DNA of 64,000 nucleotides from Limisphaerales bacterium (GTDB taxonomy: Bacteria > Verrucomicrobiota > Verrucomicrobiia > Limisphaerales > JADLHS01), in assembly GCA_044225555.1 (NCBI GenBank), contig JBGAIM010000010.1:9457-73456 (forward strand), read 5' to 3'. Positions 27,972 through 37,911 of this stretch are shown one piece after another. The position numbers and the translations under genes were made by a program. Each line of letters opens with the position of its first letter. Position 1 is the stretch's first letter. Under the pieces are notes generated by a model that saw only the letters and a program-made list of their open reading frames with translations, searched no databases and had not been told where the DNA came from.

Positions 27972-29261
27972 TTATGGGGCAGACGGAGACTGGTTCGCAG
28001 CAGTTTTGATTGCAGGCAAGGGCGGCAACTTCAAATCGCTCGGTGGCTGGCTCGTGGCCGGGCGATTGAACTTCTCGCCGAATTTCGTGAAGCCCTCGAC
28101 AAAACCACCATGGCTCAGAAAGAACTGCCCGTTCTCCACGCCCATGAAGCGATCCAGGCGGTCCGCCTTGCCCGTGGGATCGTGACTGAAACTGGCGGTG
28201 GTGATTTCAATCCATTCGCCGGTGTCCGTCTGCAGCCATTGATTGCCGTAAAGCGCCTTGCGCTGCATGTGGCCATTCGCGCCGCCAAAATTCTCGCTGA
28301 AGCTGTGCAAGCCGCGCAGCCAGCCGCCGTCCTTGGGCGCTTTCCAACTGGAGATCAACATCCACTCCTGCTTGTCCGGCCGAAAATAGTAGCCCGAAAA
28401 AACCGTGTGGGTTTCATCAACTGGTTTCGCCGTGACGAGGAAGCGCTGCTTCTCGCCCGTCTTCCATTGGAATTTCAAATGGCTGTGGCCGCCCGTGCCT
28501 TCGTTGCCGAAATCGCCGGAGTAAACGCCTTCGCCTTTGGCGACGAGCGTGACGCGGTCGGCAGCTCCAACTTTATCGCGACTCACCGCTTCATTGCCGC
28601 TGTCCCACACGCTGAAGATGATGCGCCGTTCCGTGGGGCTGTTCACTTGCATTCCGAAATAGCCGCGATGCCAGCCGGTGGCCATGTAAAACGTCCACAG
28701 CGGATCCTCCACCGCCGTGACTTCACAATACAACGCCTGCACATTCGTGCCGCGTTGCACCGGATAAGCCAAGTGCACGGAGGCCGCATTGCGCCGCTCT
28801 TTCAAATTGAAATGCGCGTCCTTCGTCGCCGGCCCGTCCAAAATCAACGCGCTCAGATCGCCCGCCGATTTGCCGGAAGGATTGAGGGATTCCAGGGCGA
28901 AACGCTGATAACCCGGCGACTTGATTTCAAACGAGCCAAAGTCCAGCGTCACCAGATTCGTTCCCGCGCCAGTGGCCGTGGCCTCGCGCGATTGTCCAGC
29001 GACCGTGAGGCGGAGCTTGGAAGTTTCAGCCGCTGCCAGGCGCAACGTGACTTTTGCGTCCAGTTTGCCCGGGGTTTTGATCTCCCCGAACCACTCCACT
29101 TTCAAGTTCGGGTCTTGCCAGCGCGTGATGCCGGAGCGTTCAGAGACGCGGGCGCCGTCGGCATCGGGACTCAAATACGCGGTGAACGCGGGAATCTCCA
29201 ATTCCGCGCGGGCACTCAGGCAGGCACAAGCGACAATGGTGAAAAGCCAAGTCTTCTTCAT
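27972..29261 (-). CDS. secreted DUF5077/DUF3472 domain protein
   Basis: Signal peptide. 'GWHRGYFGMQVNSPTERRIIFSVWDSG...GDFGNEGTGGHSHLKFQWKTGEKQRFLV...SGYYF...EWMLISSWKAP...LHSFSENFG' follows the DUF3472 pattern. Confidence 0.7.
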   Translation of the reverse strand: MKKTWLFTIVACACLSARAELEIPAFTAYLSPDADGARVSERSGITRWQDPNLKVEWFGEIKTPGKLDAKVTLRLAAAETSKLRLTVAGQSREATATGAGTNLVTLDFGSFEIKSPGYQRFALESLNPSGKSAGDLSALILDGPATKDAHFNLKERRNAASVHLAYPVQRGTNVQALYCEVTAVEDPLWTFYMATGWHRGYFGMQVNSPTERRIIFSVWDSGNEAVSRDKVGAADRVTLVAKGEGVYSGDFGNEGTGGHSHLKFQWKTGEKQRFLVTAKPVDETHTVFSGYYFRPDKQEWMLISSWKAPKDGGWLRGLHSFSENFGGANGHMQRKALYGNQWLQTDTGEWIEITTASFSHDPTGKADRLDRFMGVENGQFFLSHGGFVEGFTKFGEKFNRPATSQPPSDLKLPPLPAIKTAANQSPSAP

Positions 29262-30226
29262 AAGGTGGTGGTGGCGGCGCCGGGCTTCGTCTCCGGTGCA
29301 AATAATTTGGTGCTGAAATAACGCTCGGCGCGATCACACAACATGGTGACCACGGTCGCTTGCGGCCCGAGTTCACGGGCGGTTGTTAGAGCGGCAACGA
29401 CGTTGGCGCCGGAACTGGTCCCGACCAGCATGCCGAACTCGCGGTGCAGGCGGCGGGTCATCGCCATCGCATCGGCGCTACGGACCTTGACCTCGCCATC
29501 GAGCGGCGCATCGCGCAGCAACGGTGGAATGAAACCGTCAGCGACGCCTTCGATGAAATGGCAACATGGCAATTCGCCCGCGAGCAGCGCTTGTTCAGCG
29601 GGCTCCATGGCAATGATTCGGGACTGCGGCCAGCGCCGCTTGATCGCCTTGCCGCAACCCGCCAGCGTGCCGCCCGTGCCAAAGCCCGTCACAAACGCGT
29701 GAATCGGTCCGTTGACTTGCTGGAGAATTTCCTGGCCGGTCCCGTGTTCGTGATCCTCGACGTTCAGCGGATTCTCGAACTGCTTGGGCAAAAAGTAGCG
29801 GGAATCCTTGGCCGCCATCTGGCGCGACATTTCAATCCCGGTTTGATACATGCCGCCACTGTCGAACAGGATCAATTCCGCGCCGAGCTGCCGGATTAAA
29901 CTGCGTCGCTCTTCGCTGGCGGACGATGACATCAAGATGGCGACGCGATAACCCAACGCCGCGCCGACCATGGAGAGCGCAATGCCGGTATTCCCGCTGG
30001 TGCATTCGAGGATGATGGAGTCGGGTTGCAACCGCCCGTGTTCCAACGCCTCAACCAACACGGTCTTGGCCAGGCGATCCTTGATGCTGCCACTCGGATT
30101 GAGGAACTCGCACTTGGCGAGCAGCGTGATGCCCTCCGGCTCGAATCGCAACGGCACCAGCGGGGTATTGCCGATGAGCGACAACACCGGTGCTTGCAGA
30201 CCGCGAACTGGAGATGGCTGACTCAT
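29258..30226 (-). CDS. cysteine synthase family PLP enzyme (CysK/CysM/CBS-like)
   Basis: 'GNTPLVPL', 'NPSGSIKDR' (PLP lysine), 'TSGNTGIALS', 'GFGTGGTLAG'. The stop overlaps the next start as ATGA. Confidence 0.85.
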   Translation of the reverse strand: MSQPSPVRGLQAPVLSLIGNTPLVPLRFEPEGITLLAKCEFLNPSGSIKDRLAKTVLVEALEHGRLQPDSIILECTSGNTGIALSMVGAALGYRVAILMSSSASEERRSLIRQLGAELILFDSGGMYQTGIEMSRQMAAKDSRYFLPKQFENPLNVEDHEHGTGQEILQQVNGPIHAFVTGFGTGGTLAGCGKAIKRRWPQSRIIAMEPAEQALLAGELPCCHFIEGVADGFIPPLLRDAPLDGEVKVRSADAMAMTRRLHREFGMLVGTSSGANVVAALTTARELGPQATVVTMLCDRAERYFSTKLFAPETKPGAATTTL

Positions 30227-30242
30227 GAAGAGCGGTTGCGCT

Positions 30243-31268
30243 TTAGCTCCAATTCAAAACCACCTTGCCACACTCGCCTTTGCTCATCGCGGCGAAGCCT
30301 TGCTCGAATTCCGTGTAGGGCAGCCGATGCGTGATCACCGGGGTGATGTTCAAGCCGCTCTCCAGCATCACGGTCATTTGATACCACGTCTCATACATTT
30401 CCCGGCCGTAAATGCCTTTGATCGTGAGCATGTTGAAAACGACCTTGTTCCAATCAATCGCCATCTGCTCCGAAGGAATGCCCAACATGGCGATCTTTCC
30501 GCCGTGACACATGTTGTCGATCATGTCGCGAAACGCCGTCGGATTGCCGGACATTTCCAAACCGACGTCGAAACCTTCCTTCATGCCCAGTTGCTTTTGC
30601 ACATCCGCCAGCTTGCCGTTCTTCACGTTCAACGCCACGGTGGCGCCCAGCTTCTTCGCCAGGTCGAGACGATAATCGTTCACATCCGTAATCACGACGT
30701 GTCGCGCTCCGGCGTGCTTCGCAATGGCAACGGCCATGATGCCAATCGGGCCCGCGCCCGTGATGAGCACGTCCTCACCCAGCAAATCAAAAGAGAGCGC
30801 CGTATGCACCGCGTTGCCGAACGGGTCGAAGATCGAAGCCACGTCCAGGTCCACGCCGGGCGATTGATGCCACACGTTGGTCATCGGCAGGGAAAGATAT
30901 TCCGCGAATGCGCCGGGGCGATTCACGCCCACGCCCTTGGTGTCCGCGCACAAGTGTCGGCGGCCCGCCATGCAATTGCGGCAGCGACCGCAGACCACGT
31001 GGCCTTCACCGCTCACGATGTCGCCGACGCGGAAATCATTCACGTTGGCGCCGATCTTGACGATTTCACCGACGAACTCGTGTCCCACCACCATTGGCAC
31101 GGGGATGGTTTTTTGGGCCCAGGCGTCCCACTTGTAGATGTGCAGGTCCGTGCCGCAAATGCCGGTGCGCATCACGCGAATCAACACATCGTTGATGCCG
31201 ATGCTGGGTTCAGGAACATTTTCGAGCCAGAGACCGGGTTTACTTTCCTTTTTGACGAGGGCTTTCAT
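30243..31268 (-). CDS. tdh: L-threonine 3-dehydrogenase
   Basis: '[70 protein letters not shown]' is the zinc-ADH Tdh pattern. Confidence 0.9.
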   Translation of the reverse strand: MKALVKKESKPGLWLENVPEPSIGINDVLIRVMRTGICGTDLHIYKWDAWAQKTIPVPMVVGHEFVGEIVKIGANVNDFRVGDIVSGEGHVVCGRCRNCMAGRRHLCADTKGVGVNRPGAFAEYLSLPMTNVWHQSPGVDLDVASIFDPFGNAVHTALSFDLLGEDVLITGAGPIGIMAVAIAKHAGARHVVITDVNDYRLDLAKKLGATVALNVKNGKLADVQKQLGMKEGFDVGLEMSGNPTAFRDMIDNMCHGGKIAMLGIPSEQMAIDWNKVVFNMLTIKGIYGREMYETWYQMTVMLESGLNITPVITHRLPYTEFEQGFAAMSKGECGKVVLNWS

Positions 31269-31475
31269 AAAGCGTTGGTTGTTAGCCTAGGCAAACCCGT
31301 TAGCGCAAGCCATCACACATTCGGGGGGCCTGCGGAAGGGAGAGCCAAACAAGCAACTTGCAAAACCCCCACTCCCAACGAGAATCGCCCCATGCAGCAT
31401 CGAGCCAAGCCAAACCGATCCTTGGTAGGTCAAACCCACGTTTGGCCTACTCTCTGTCAGGGCTCATCACACTTC

Positions 31476-31937
31476 ATGTATCGGATCGCTTCAATTGTAT
31501 TTGTTCTGTTGCTTGGGGCCTGTGCAACTTCTCCCGTGGCAGACCGTACATCTGATGACATTCGGGAGGCAGTCTTCCGGTATCAGTTCGAAAACTGGAA
31601 CGGTGAGGGTGCAAAGGCATATTATTTGGATTTTGGTGAGGAGGGCGTTGACCCTCCCGATTACTTCATGCTGCGTTTCGTTGGGCATACGCCACCGGTC
31701 AAGAAGGTGTCGCAATGCAAGGTGCGGAACTTACGAGAGGGAGTCATTGACTCTCAGACGGAGGAGCCTGGACGAGTTTTTAGAGTTACAGCCATCAAGT
31801 GGGTAGACGATTCAACTGTCGAGGTGGACGGCGGTTATTACGAGAACGGCTTGAGTGCGTCCGGCAACACCTACACTGTGAAGAAGGAAGACGGCAAGTG
31901 GCGAGTCATCAGAGATAAGTTGCATTGGATTTCATGA
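31476..31937 (+). CDS. small lipoprotein, hypothetical
   Basis: Only the last 153 codons of track ORF 30225..31937 look genuine. The ATG at 31476 gives 'MYRIASIVFVLLLGAC' (lipobox). The stretch is AT-richer. The rest of that ORF is antisense to tdh. Confidence 0.55.
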   Translation: MYRIASIVFVLLLGACATSPVADRTSDDIREAVFRYQFENWNGEGAKAYYLDFGEEGVDPPDYFMLRFVGHTPPVKKVSQCKVRNLREGVIDSQTEEPGRVFRVTAIKWVDDSTVEVDGGYYENGLSASGNTYTVKKEDGKWRVIRDKLHWIS

Positions 31938-32058
31938 GCCCTAACTGTTGTACCTCGACACGTTGTCCGCAGTTTGTGGGATTCTGGAGGCAGGCGGTTT
32001 AGAGAGCAAGCGGAGCAATGATGGACTCTCGCGAGGAGACTTACGGCTGGCAGTCACC

Positions 32059-35000
32059 TCACGGCAAACCGACGGCACGGAAGAACTGCTGGGCGTTCGT
32101 CATTGGCGCGGACAATGTGAAAGGTGACGTTGCCAACGAAGCCAGGTCAGCGAAAACCTGCCAGGAACTTACCAGGTCGGTTCGCGAGTCCACCCGATAG
32201 TGCCCGCCGACGGTGCCCGTCAGTGTTAGATCGAGATTGGTGCCGGTGGCAGCCGCCGTCAGCGCCGGCGTGGCGAGCAACGGTTGAGTTACGGTGAGGT
32301 TGAAGGGAGTTGAACTCATTACAGAGCTGCCATCGTAAATGACCTGCGCCAGCAAGGTGTATTGACCCATGGGGACATTGCTCCAAACCAAACTGAAAGG
32401 AGCAGTGGCGGTTTCGCCCAATAGGATCGGGCCGTTGAAGAATTGCACTTTGCTGATGGCGTGACCATTGGCGGTGACAGTGGCGGCGAGCGGGATGTCG
32501 GTGTTGCCGGGGAAAACGGCGCCCGTGACCGGGCTGGTGAGTTGCACCGCGGGCAAGGCGGTTTGCGAGGCGGAGAACAAGGCCGTGACCTCCGTCGGCG
32601 TCAGCGTGCGATTGAACAAGGCGACTTCATCGAGGAATCCGTTGAGCCGCCGAGTGGAGGAATTGGGGTCGTAACCGAAATAGGTCGTGCCGGGGAAAGT
32701 CTGCGCCGCATGCGTGACGTTGTTGGTGGCCGAACGCAGAATCGAGTTCGTGCCGCGATACATGATGGCGCGCGTGGGCTCGATGGTGAGCGCGAAGAAG
32801 GTCCATTGGTTATCGGGCACGGTCAGGCCGGAGTTCCAGTTGTAGGTGTTGCCGCCGTCGTTCCATGTGTAGCGCAACTCCTGCGCGGTGCCGAAATGCA
32901 CGCCCGCCGTGGTGCCGCCGGATCGACAGAACACGATGCCGGACCAGGACACTTGCGTGCCGTTGCGCCGCACCCAACCGCTGAAGGTGAAATTGGTGGT
33001 ATTCAGGTTAAACGCGGGAATCGCGACGCTGCTGTCGGTGCCGTTGAACTGGGCGGAGAGATTTCCCGGTTCAAAGCCGGCAAAAGGCGAGCCCACTCCG
33101 GCCGCGCCGAAAATGATCCCGCCTTGCCCGGTGCCGTCGCGCGTGCCGATGGCATCGGCGGCAATCGGCCCGGCGTCATTCAACCGCCAATACGCGAGCG
33201 GTCCGGTCGCCAGGGTTTGCGAGAAATACGGTGGCGGCGTCAGGACATTCAACGTAGCGACAGCGCTGGTGACGCTGCCACTGGCGTTGCTCAGCACGAC
33301 GCGGAAGAGTCCGGAGTTGGTGGGCTGCACATTGGTAAGGCTGAGCGAAACCCCGGTGGTGCCGGCGAGGGGAACACCATTCAACTGCCATTGGTAGGTG
33401 AACGGTGGGTTGCCACTCGGCAATGCCGTGAAGGTCGCGGTTTGACCCACGTAAGCGGTTTCACTCTGCGGGCTGACACTCACGCCGGGTGGTCCGACGA
33501 TGCTGCCGGTAATGCTCACGCTGTCAAAGCTGGCCCAGTGGACATTGGGATTCTGCGACGGGGCGGCGTAGGTAAACAAACCCACGTAGAGCCGCGTGGC
33601 AATGCCCGAGAGTGTGTTGGTCCAGACGGGCGTCCAATTCACTCCGTCCGTGGCCACCGAGGTGGTGAACACCGAGCCGACGCGTTGGAGTTTGAGCCAG
33701 CGCTGTCCGCCCAGACCGCTGGACCAGTAAGGCCCACCGGCGTTCTCCATCGTGTTGTCCTGGTAATGAGTGTCGCTGTTCACGGTGGCGAACACGGCGC
33801 TGTATTGCGAACTGCCGCCATTGCCGAGCGGCGTGCCCGGGGTGGAATTGGTGGACTCGCGCATGATTAAACCGGCTTCCCAACTCGAACTGGGCGTCGT
33901 TCCATCCGGAGCGGCCGCCGGGCTGGTGATGCCGGAGACGCGCGCGATGATCGTGCAATTGCCATCCACCGGGCGGCAGAGAAGGTTGAGTCCATCGCCA
34001 ATCAAGGTGTAAGAGCCGCCGTCAATCTTCGCGCCGTACGGCTGCACATGTTCGCTCGCTCCGGCCAGCAGCCACGGGCTCAGCGGCGGGTTGGTGGTGG
34101 TGACGAAACTCAACGGCGAATCGAGCGTGTAGCTGGTGTTGTAGAACAGCCGGGCGCGAATGGCGTTGTTCGTGGCCGACCAGAAGAACGAATTCAACGC
34201 GTACGGCGGGATGTTGGTTTGTCCCCAGAAACTGTCGCCCACGTAAAACTGGACCTTGTTGATCGTGTTCGCATTTGTCACCACGCTGGCCGTGAGCGCC
34301 ACGTTGGAACTGACAATGGTCGAGCCGTTGCTGGGTGAGGTCAGCGTCAGGGCTGGTTCGCCAGCGGCGGGAACGCGCGACCAGGCGCTCGAGGGCACTT
34401 CGATCTTCGCCTGACCCGGGCCTTCGTATTCCAACGTAAGCTGATCGGTGAGATCGCCCGCATCGCTGTTTTGCGTGTCGAAGAAATACTGCACGTTCAC
34501 GGCGTGTTTTCCGGCGGCGAGGGCGGCCCAGCCGCTGAGCGGGGACGGACTGTGATTGCCGTCGTGGTTGATGGTCAGTGCGCCATCCACATAGAGCTTG
34601 CTGCCGGCACAGGATTTGAGCGTGAAGCTATAGATGCCGTCCGCGGGCACGGTGATAAAGCCCGTGTAGTTGAACGCATAACCGTTGCGACGTCGTCGCG
34701 GCGTGAGGTCGGGATAGGAAACCGCCCCCTGATAAACCGGGGTGAGCGCAGCGAAGTTGGGCATGCTGGACCAGTTGACGCCGTTGTACTGCCAATAGTA
34801 GCTGGTTGCGGATTCGTAGTATTTGTGACCCAGACCGGAAACCGTGACCGGCGGATTGGTGGCAACGTTCAATGCGACGGCTGCAGGGGTGATTAGCACC
34901 GGCGTGTTGGTGCGGTCAAAAATATCCACGATGCTCAGCCGGACATACGGTGTCGCCACCGAGCCGACGTTGAGCAACTGCTGGCGCACCTCGGGGTCGC

Positions 35001-36123
35001 GTTGAAACACGGCCAGAGCAGGGGAGCCGGAATACGCCGGGTTATCGAACACTTCGAGAACGTAACCAAGCTGCGGCGAACTGGTGAGCGGCATTTGCCA
35101 CGCGACGATGACCTGATTGCCGTAGGTTGAGGCGCTGGCGTTCGTGACCAGAATCGGGTCCAAGTCAGCAGTGGTTGGTTGGCTCGCCAGAATCAAACCG
35201 AAGGAAGCGTAGTTGTTTACGGCGGCGATGGTCGTAATGCCCGGCGGCTTGTTGGTGAGCAGGCTGACGGTCGGTTGGTTCGTTGCGACCAGCATGTAGA
35301 GATTGCCAGACGTCGGCGGAAGGTTGTTGGTCACGTTAAACAGGTAGGAACTGCCACTGCACGTCTCGAAAAACGCGGCGGTGGAATTCTCAATCAAACC
35401 GCACGTGCCGTTCTCGCCGAGTTGCCGAACCGACGGCGTGAAAAGTTTCGCCGCGGTCCACGCTCCGTTCTTGTGCGAATAGACATTGCGATAATCGGTG
35501 CGGCGCGGATTGCTGTTACCGTGGCCGAAGTCCTCCTGAAAACCGCTCAGGCCGTTGATGCCGGTGGCACTGAACGGAATCTGCATGGTCGCGATATGAA
35601 ACCAGTTGCTCGTCGCCGGATCGCGCAACCAGCGTCCGGAAAACGCCAGATGCGGCGTGCCGTCGGTGGGTTGCCAGATGCGGAACACTTCGCGATACCA
35701 ACGATTGGTGGTGATGAGCGGCCAGTCACCGGCGACCTTGCCCGACGCGCCTTCGCCCACGTGTGGCGGCGCATACATGTTGGAGGCGCTCCAATACGCA
35801 GTCACTGCGGCGCCTGGCACTGCCGTGCCGCTCGGGGGCCAGAAACTCCAGATGATGCTGCACGGGGGATTGTCGGTGGGCCCGGACGGCATGCCGCCGT
35901 AGAAATAGCACGACCCACCATCCGACCCGGAGATCGTCTGGCTGTAGATGGCGTTGTAAGTGGACTCGGCCCAATACGGCCAGCGCACTTCCTGGATGAT
36001 GCCGTCGGCGCCGGAAGCAGTATTGAAGTTGTGATACTCAGCGCGGGCGCGCGACGGAACGAGCCAAAGAGAGGCCAATAGAAGGCCGGCGGCTAGGTGA
36101 GTTTTGTAGCTGAGCAATTTCAT
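32059..36123 (-). CDS. giant secreted lectin-like protein: DUF3472-like N-domain + PA14 + Ig-like/I-set + LamG + C-terminal F-F-R domain
   Basis: The ATG at 36123 gives the signal peptide 'MKLLSYKTHLAAGLLLASLWLVPSRARA'. DUF3472-like: 'CYFYGGMP...IIWSFWPP...VGEGASGKVAGDWPL...WYREVFRIW...LSGFQEDFG'. PA14-like: 'YAFNYTGFITVPADGIYSFTLKSCAGSKLYVDGALT'. I-set-like: 'FTYQWQLNGVPLAGTT...SGLFRVVLSNASGSVTSAVATLNV'. LamG-like: 'LNGFLDEVALFNRTLTPTEVTALF'. Confidence 0.8.
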   Translation of the reverse strand: MKLLSYKTHLAAGLLLASLWLVPSRARAEYHNFNTASGADGIIQEVRWPYWAESTYNAIYSQTISGSDGGSCYFYGGMPSGPTDNPPCSIIWSFWPPSGTAVPGAAVTAYWSASNMYAPPHVGEGASGKVAGDWPLITTNRWYREVFRIWQPTDGTPHLAFSGRWLRDPATSNWFHIATMQIPFSATGINGLSGFQEDFGHGNSNPRRTDYRNVYSHKNGAWTAAKLFTPSVRQLGENGTCGLIENSTAAFFETCSGSSYLFNVTNNLPPTSGNLYMLVATNQPTVSLLTNKPPGITTIAAVNNYASFGLILASQPTTADLDPILVTNASASTYGNQVIVAWQMPLTSSPQLGYVLEVFDNPAYSGSPALAVFQRDPEVRQQLLNVGSVATPYVRLSIVDIFDRTNTPVLITPAAVALNVATNPPVTVSGLGHKYYESATSYYWQYNGVNWSSMPNFAALTPVYQGAVSYPDLTPRRRRNGYAFNYTGFITVPADGIYSFTLKSCAGSKLYVDGALTINHDGNHSPSPLSGWAALAAGKHAVNVQYFFDTQNSDAGDLTDQLTLEYEGPGQAKIEVPSSAWSRVPAAGEPALTLTSPSNGSTIVSSNVALTASVVTNANTINKVQFYVGDSFWGQTNIPPYALNSFFWSATNNAIRARLFYNTSYTLDSPLSFVTTTNPPLSPWLLAGASEHVQPYGAKIDGGSYTLIGDGLNLLCRPVDGNCTIIARVSGITSPAAAPDGTTPSSSWEAGLIMRESTNSTPGTPLGNGGSSQYSAVFATVNSDTHYQDNTMENAGGPYWSSGLGGQRWLKLQRVGSVFTTSVATDGVNWTPVWTNTLSGIATRLYVGLFTYAAPSQNPNVHWASFDSVSITGSIVGPPGVSVSPQSETAYVGQTATFTALPSGNPPFTYQWQLNGVPLAGTTGVSLSLTNVQPTNSGLFRVVLSNASGSVTSAVATLNVLTPPPYFSQTLATGPLAYWRLNDAGPIAADAIGTRDGTGQGGIIFGAAGVGSPFAGFEPGNLSAQFNGTDSSVAIPAFNLNTTNFTFSGWVRRNGTQVSWSGIVFCRSGGTTAGVHFGTAQELRYTWNDGGNTYNWNSGLTVPDNQWTFFALTIEPTRAIMYRGTNSILRSATNNVTHAAQTFPGTTYFGYDPNSSTRRLNGFLDEVALFNRTLTPTEVTALFSASQTALPAVQLTSPVTGAVFPGNTDIPLAATVTANGHAISKVQFFNGPILLGETATAPFSLVWSNVPMGQYTLLAQVIYDGSSVMSSTPFNLTVTQPLLATPALTAAATGTNLDLTLTGTVGGHYRVDSRTDLVSSWQVFADLASLATSPFTLSAPMTNAQQFFRAVGLP

Positions 36124-36596
36124 TGGTGAGATCAGAGTCAAGGAGCAGAAGTTTTGTGTTCCGGTCATTTCTTCCCATCACTTCGTGGCGGCGGCGACCG
36201 CGGTGGTGGAGGTTTTGAGAAAGTCACGACGGGTGACAACCGGGTCAGCTTGTTTTTTCATGGAACGTACTTTCACCACAGCCCGCAAGACCTGTCAGTC
36301 GCCCGATCGCGGAGCGATTCAGAGTTGTCCAGCCCAGCGCGCCTTGATTGGAGATAACGCCGCAACCAGCGGTCTGGTGACCGGCTATCGGCTGGAACGG
36401 TTGCGCGGGGAAATGTCCGAGTTTGTGAGCAGCCCATGGAGTTCACGGCGGATGCCAGCCCAGTGAAAATCCAGTTGCCCGCCGCGACAAATGCACCCCA
36501 AGTGCAGCACCACGCGACCCAAAGCCATCTGGGTGAGATAAAGTTTCATGAGGGTGAAGCCGGCGGCCAGGGATTCGTGACCGATCGCGGACTAGT

Positions 36597-36953
36597 TCAT
36601 CGCTTTGGCGCGCCTTCTTTCAAGGCCTCAATCGCCTTTTTGGCCGAGGCATCGCCTTTGGCCGCCGCATCGTTCATGCGATAATTGAGACCGCCCAAGG
36701 CGGTTTGGACGGCGACCAACTGGTCGGGGGTGATGCTCTTGGTCAACAACGAACGATAGTTCGTGCCGGCGGTCAGGTAATCATTGGCTTTGTCGGCTTT
36801 CAGTCCTTGTTCCCAAGCCTGCTTCATTTCGGGAGTGGCGTCTTTGAAGGCGGCCAGGTCTTGTTTACTCAGACTGTAGCCGTTGTCGCCGCAGCCTTGG
36901 AGGAACAGGCAGGCGGAAGCCAGCAGGCAGGCGAGGGTCAGTGATTTTTTCAT
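36597..36953 (-). CDS. small helical lipoprotein, hypothetical
   Basis: The ATG at 36953 gives 'MKKSLTLACLLASACLFLQGC' (lipobox). It starts 14 nt downstream of the pseudopilin gene. Confidence 0.55.
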   Translation of the reverse strand: MKKSLTLACLLASACLFLQGCGDNGYSLSKQDLAAFKDATPEMKQAWEQGLKADKANDYLTAGTNYRSLLTKSITPDQLVAVQTALGGLNYRMNDAAAKGDASAKKAIEALKEGAPKR

Positions 36954-36967
36954 AACCGGCAGTCCCT

Positions 36968-37747
36968 TCAACGTCCGTTCGCGCTGCCCGGATTGCACCA
37001 GACGCTGTTCTTGGCTGTGGACAGCGCGAGTCTTGCCCACTCCTGATACTTCACATATTCAACGGCGCCACTGACGACGATCACGACGCCGCCATTCTTG
37101 CCGTGCCGGCGGCCCAAGGCGCCGTCCACGGTCGGATCCGGGAAGCTTGAACCGTCGTTGTAAGCCGTCCCACCACTCGGGGCGTACTCATTTGGCTCCC
37201 AGGAAATGTAGGCGTCCTGCCGGAAGCTGGAGATCTTGTGACCTTCGTTGATCGCGCCGAAGCCGCAGACCGCTCCGCTCATGATGTAAGTGCCCAACTT
37301 GTTGGCGCGAACCGTGTAGCCCGGCGTGTTGGTGGCCAGATCGGTCGGGCAGAAATATAGGTCCTTGTTTTTGATGTAGGGCCAGAGCAATCCGCCTTCG
37401 TAGGCCAGGCGCGGGTTCATGTTGAAAGGTGCGGCGGCGAGATTGGGGGGAGCGCTGCCCACCGGGGTATAGAGCCAGCCCGGCAGGGGTTGGCCATTCG
37501 CGCCCGTCCATGGCGGATTCCAGTTGGGGTGCGGCAGCTTGTCGGCGAAATCGTTGCTATACATGTGAGCCGCGAGGCCCAACTGTTTGCAGTTGCTCAC
37601 GCACCGGGTGCGATGCGCCTTGTCCTTGGCCTTGGCCAGGGCGGGCAGCAACATGGCCGCCAGGATGGCGATGATCGCAATCACGACGAGCAGTTCGATG
37701 AGGGTGAAACCGGCGCCACGTTGGCGACCATTCAAAGATATGTTCAT
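36968..37747 (-). CDS. prepilin-type N-terminal cleavage/methylation domain protein (type II secretion pseudopilin-like, DUF1559/H-X9-DG-like family)
   Basis: The ATG at 37747 gives '[41 protein letters not shown]', the classic G|FTLIELL leader. The C-terminal '[21 protein letters not shown]' resembles a degenerate H-X9-DG box. The track start at 37777 is TTG. Confidence 0.85.
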   Translation of the reverse strand: MNISLNGRQRGAGFTLIELLVVIAIIAILAAMLLPALAKAKDKAHRTRCVSNCKQLGLAAHMYSNDFADKLPHPNWNPPWTGANGQPLPGWLYTPVGSAPPNLAAAPFNMNPRLAYEGGLLWPYIKNKDLYFCPTDLATNTPGYTVRANKLGTYIMSGAVCGFGAINEGHKISSFRQDAYISWEPNEYAPSGGTAYNDGSSFPDPTVDGALGRRHGKNGGVVIVVSGAVEYVKYQEWARLALSTAKNSVWCNPGSANGR

Positions 37748-37911
37748 GGGCTGTTGGTCGGAATTCTTCAGGTTCAAGAATCGAAAAAACTATGCCTGCT
37801 CATTTCTCCGGAAACCATCCCACATTCGGGGGGCTTGGATTGTACAAAACAGCGGCCAGGAATTGCTTCCTGGCCGCTGGGTGATTTTTAACTTCCGTCC
37901 GGATTATCGGC

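Noticed and set aside
36169-36596. The 430-nt gap upstream of the giant gene, containing short plus-strand ORFs (36154..36357, 36185..36466, 36436..36684).
   Set aside because: The ORFs have no motifs and overlap one another. The gap is more plausibly the promoter and 5' leader of the giant gene. I could not identify a convincing promoter or riboswitch by eye.
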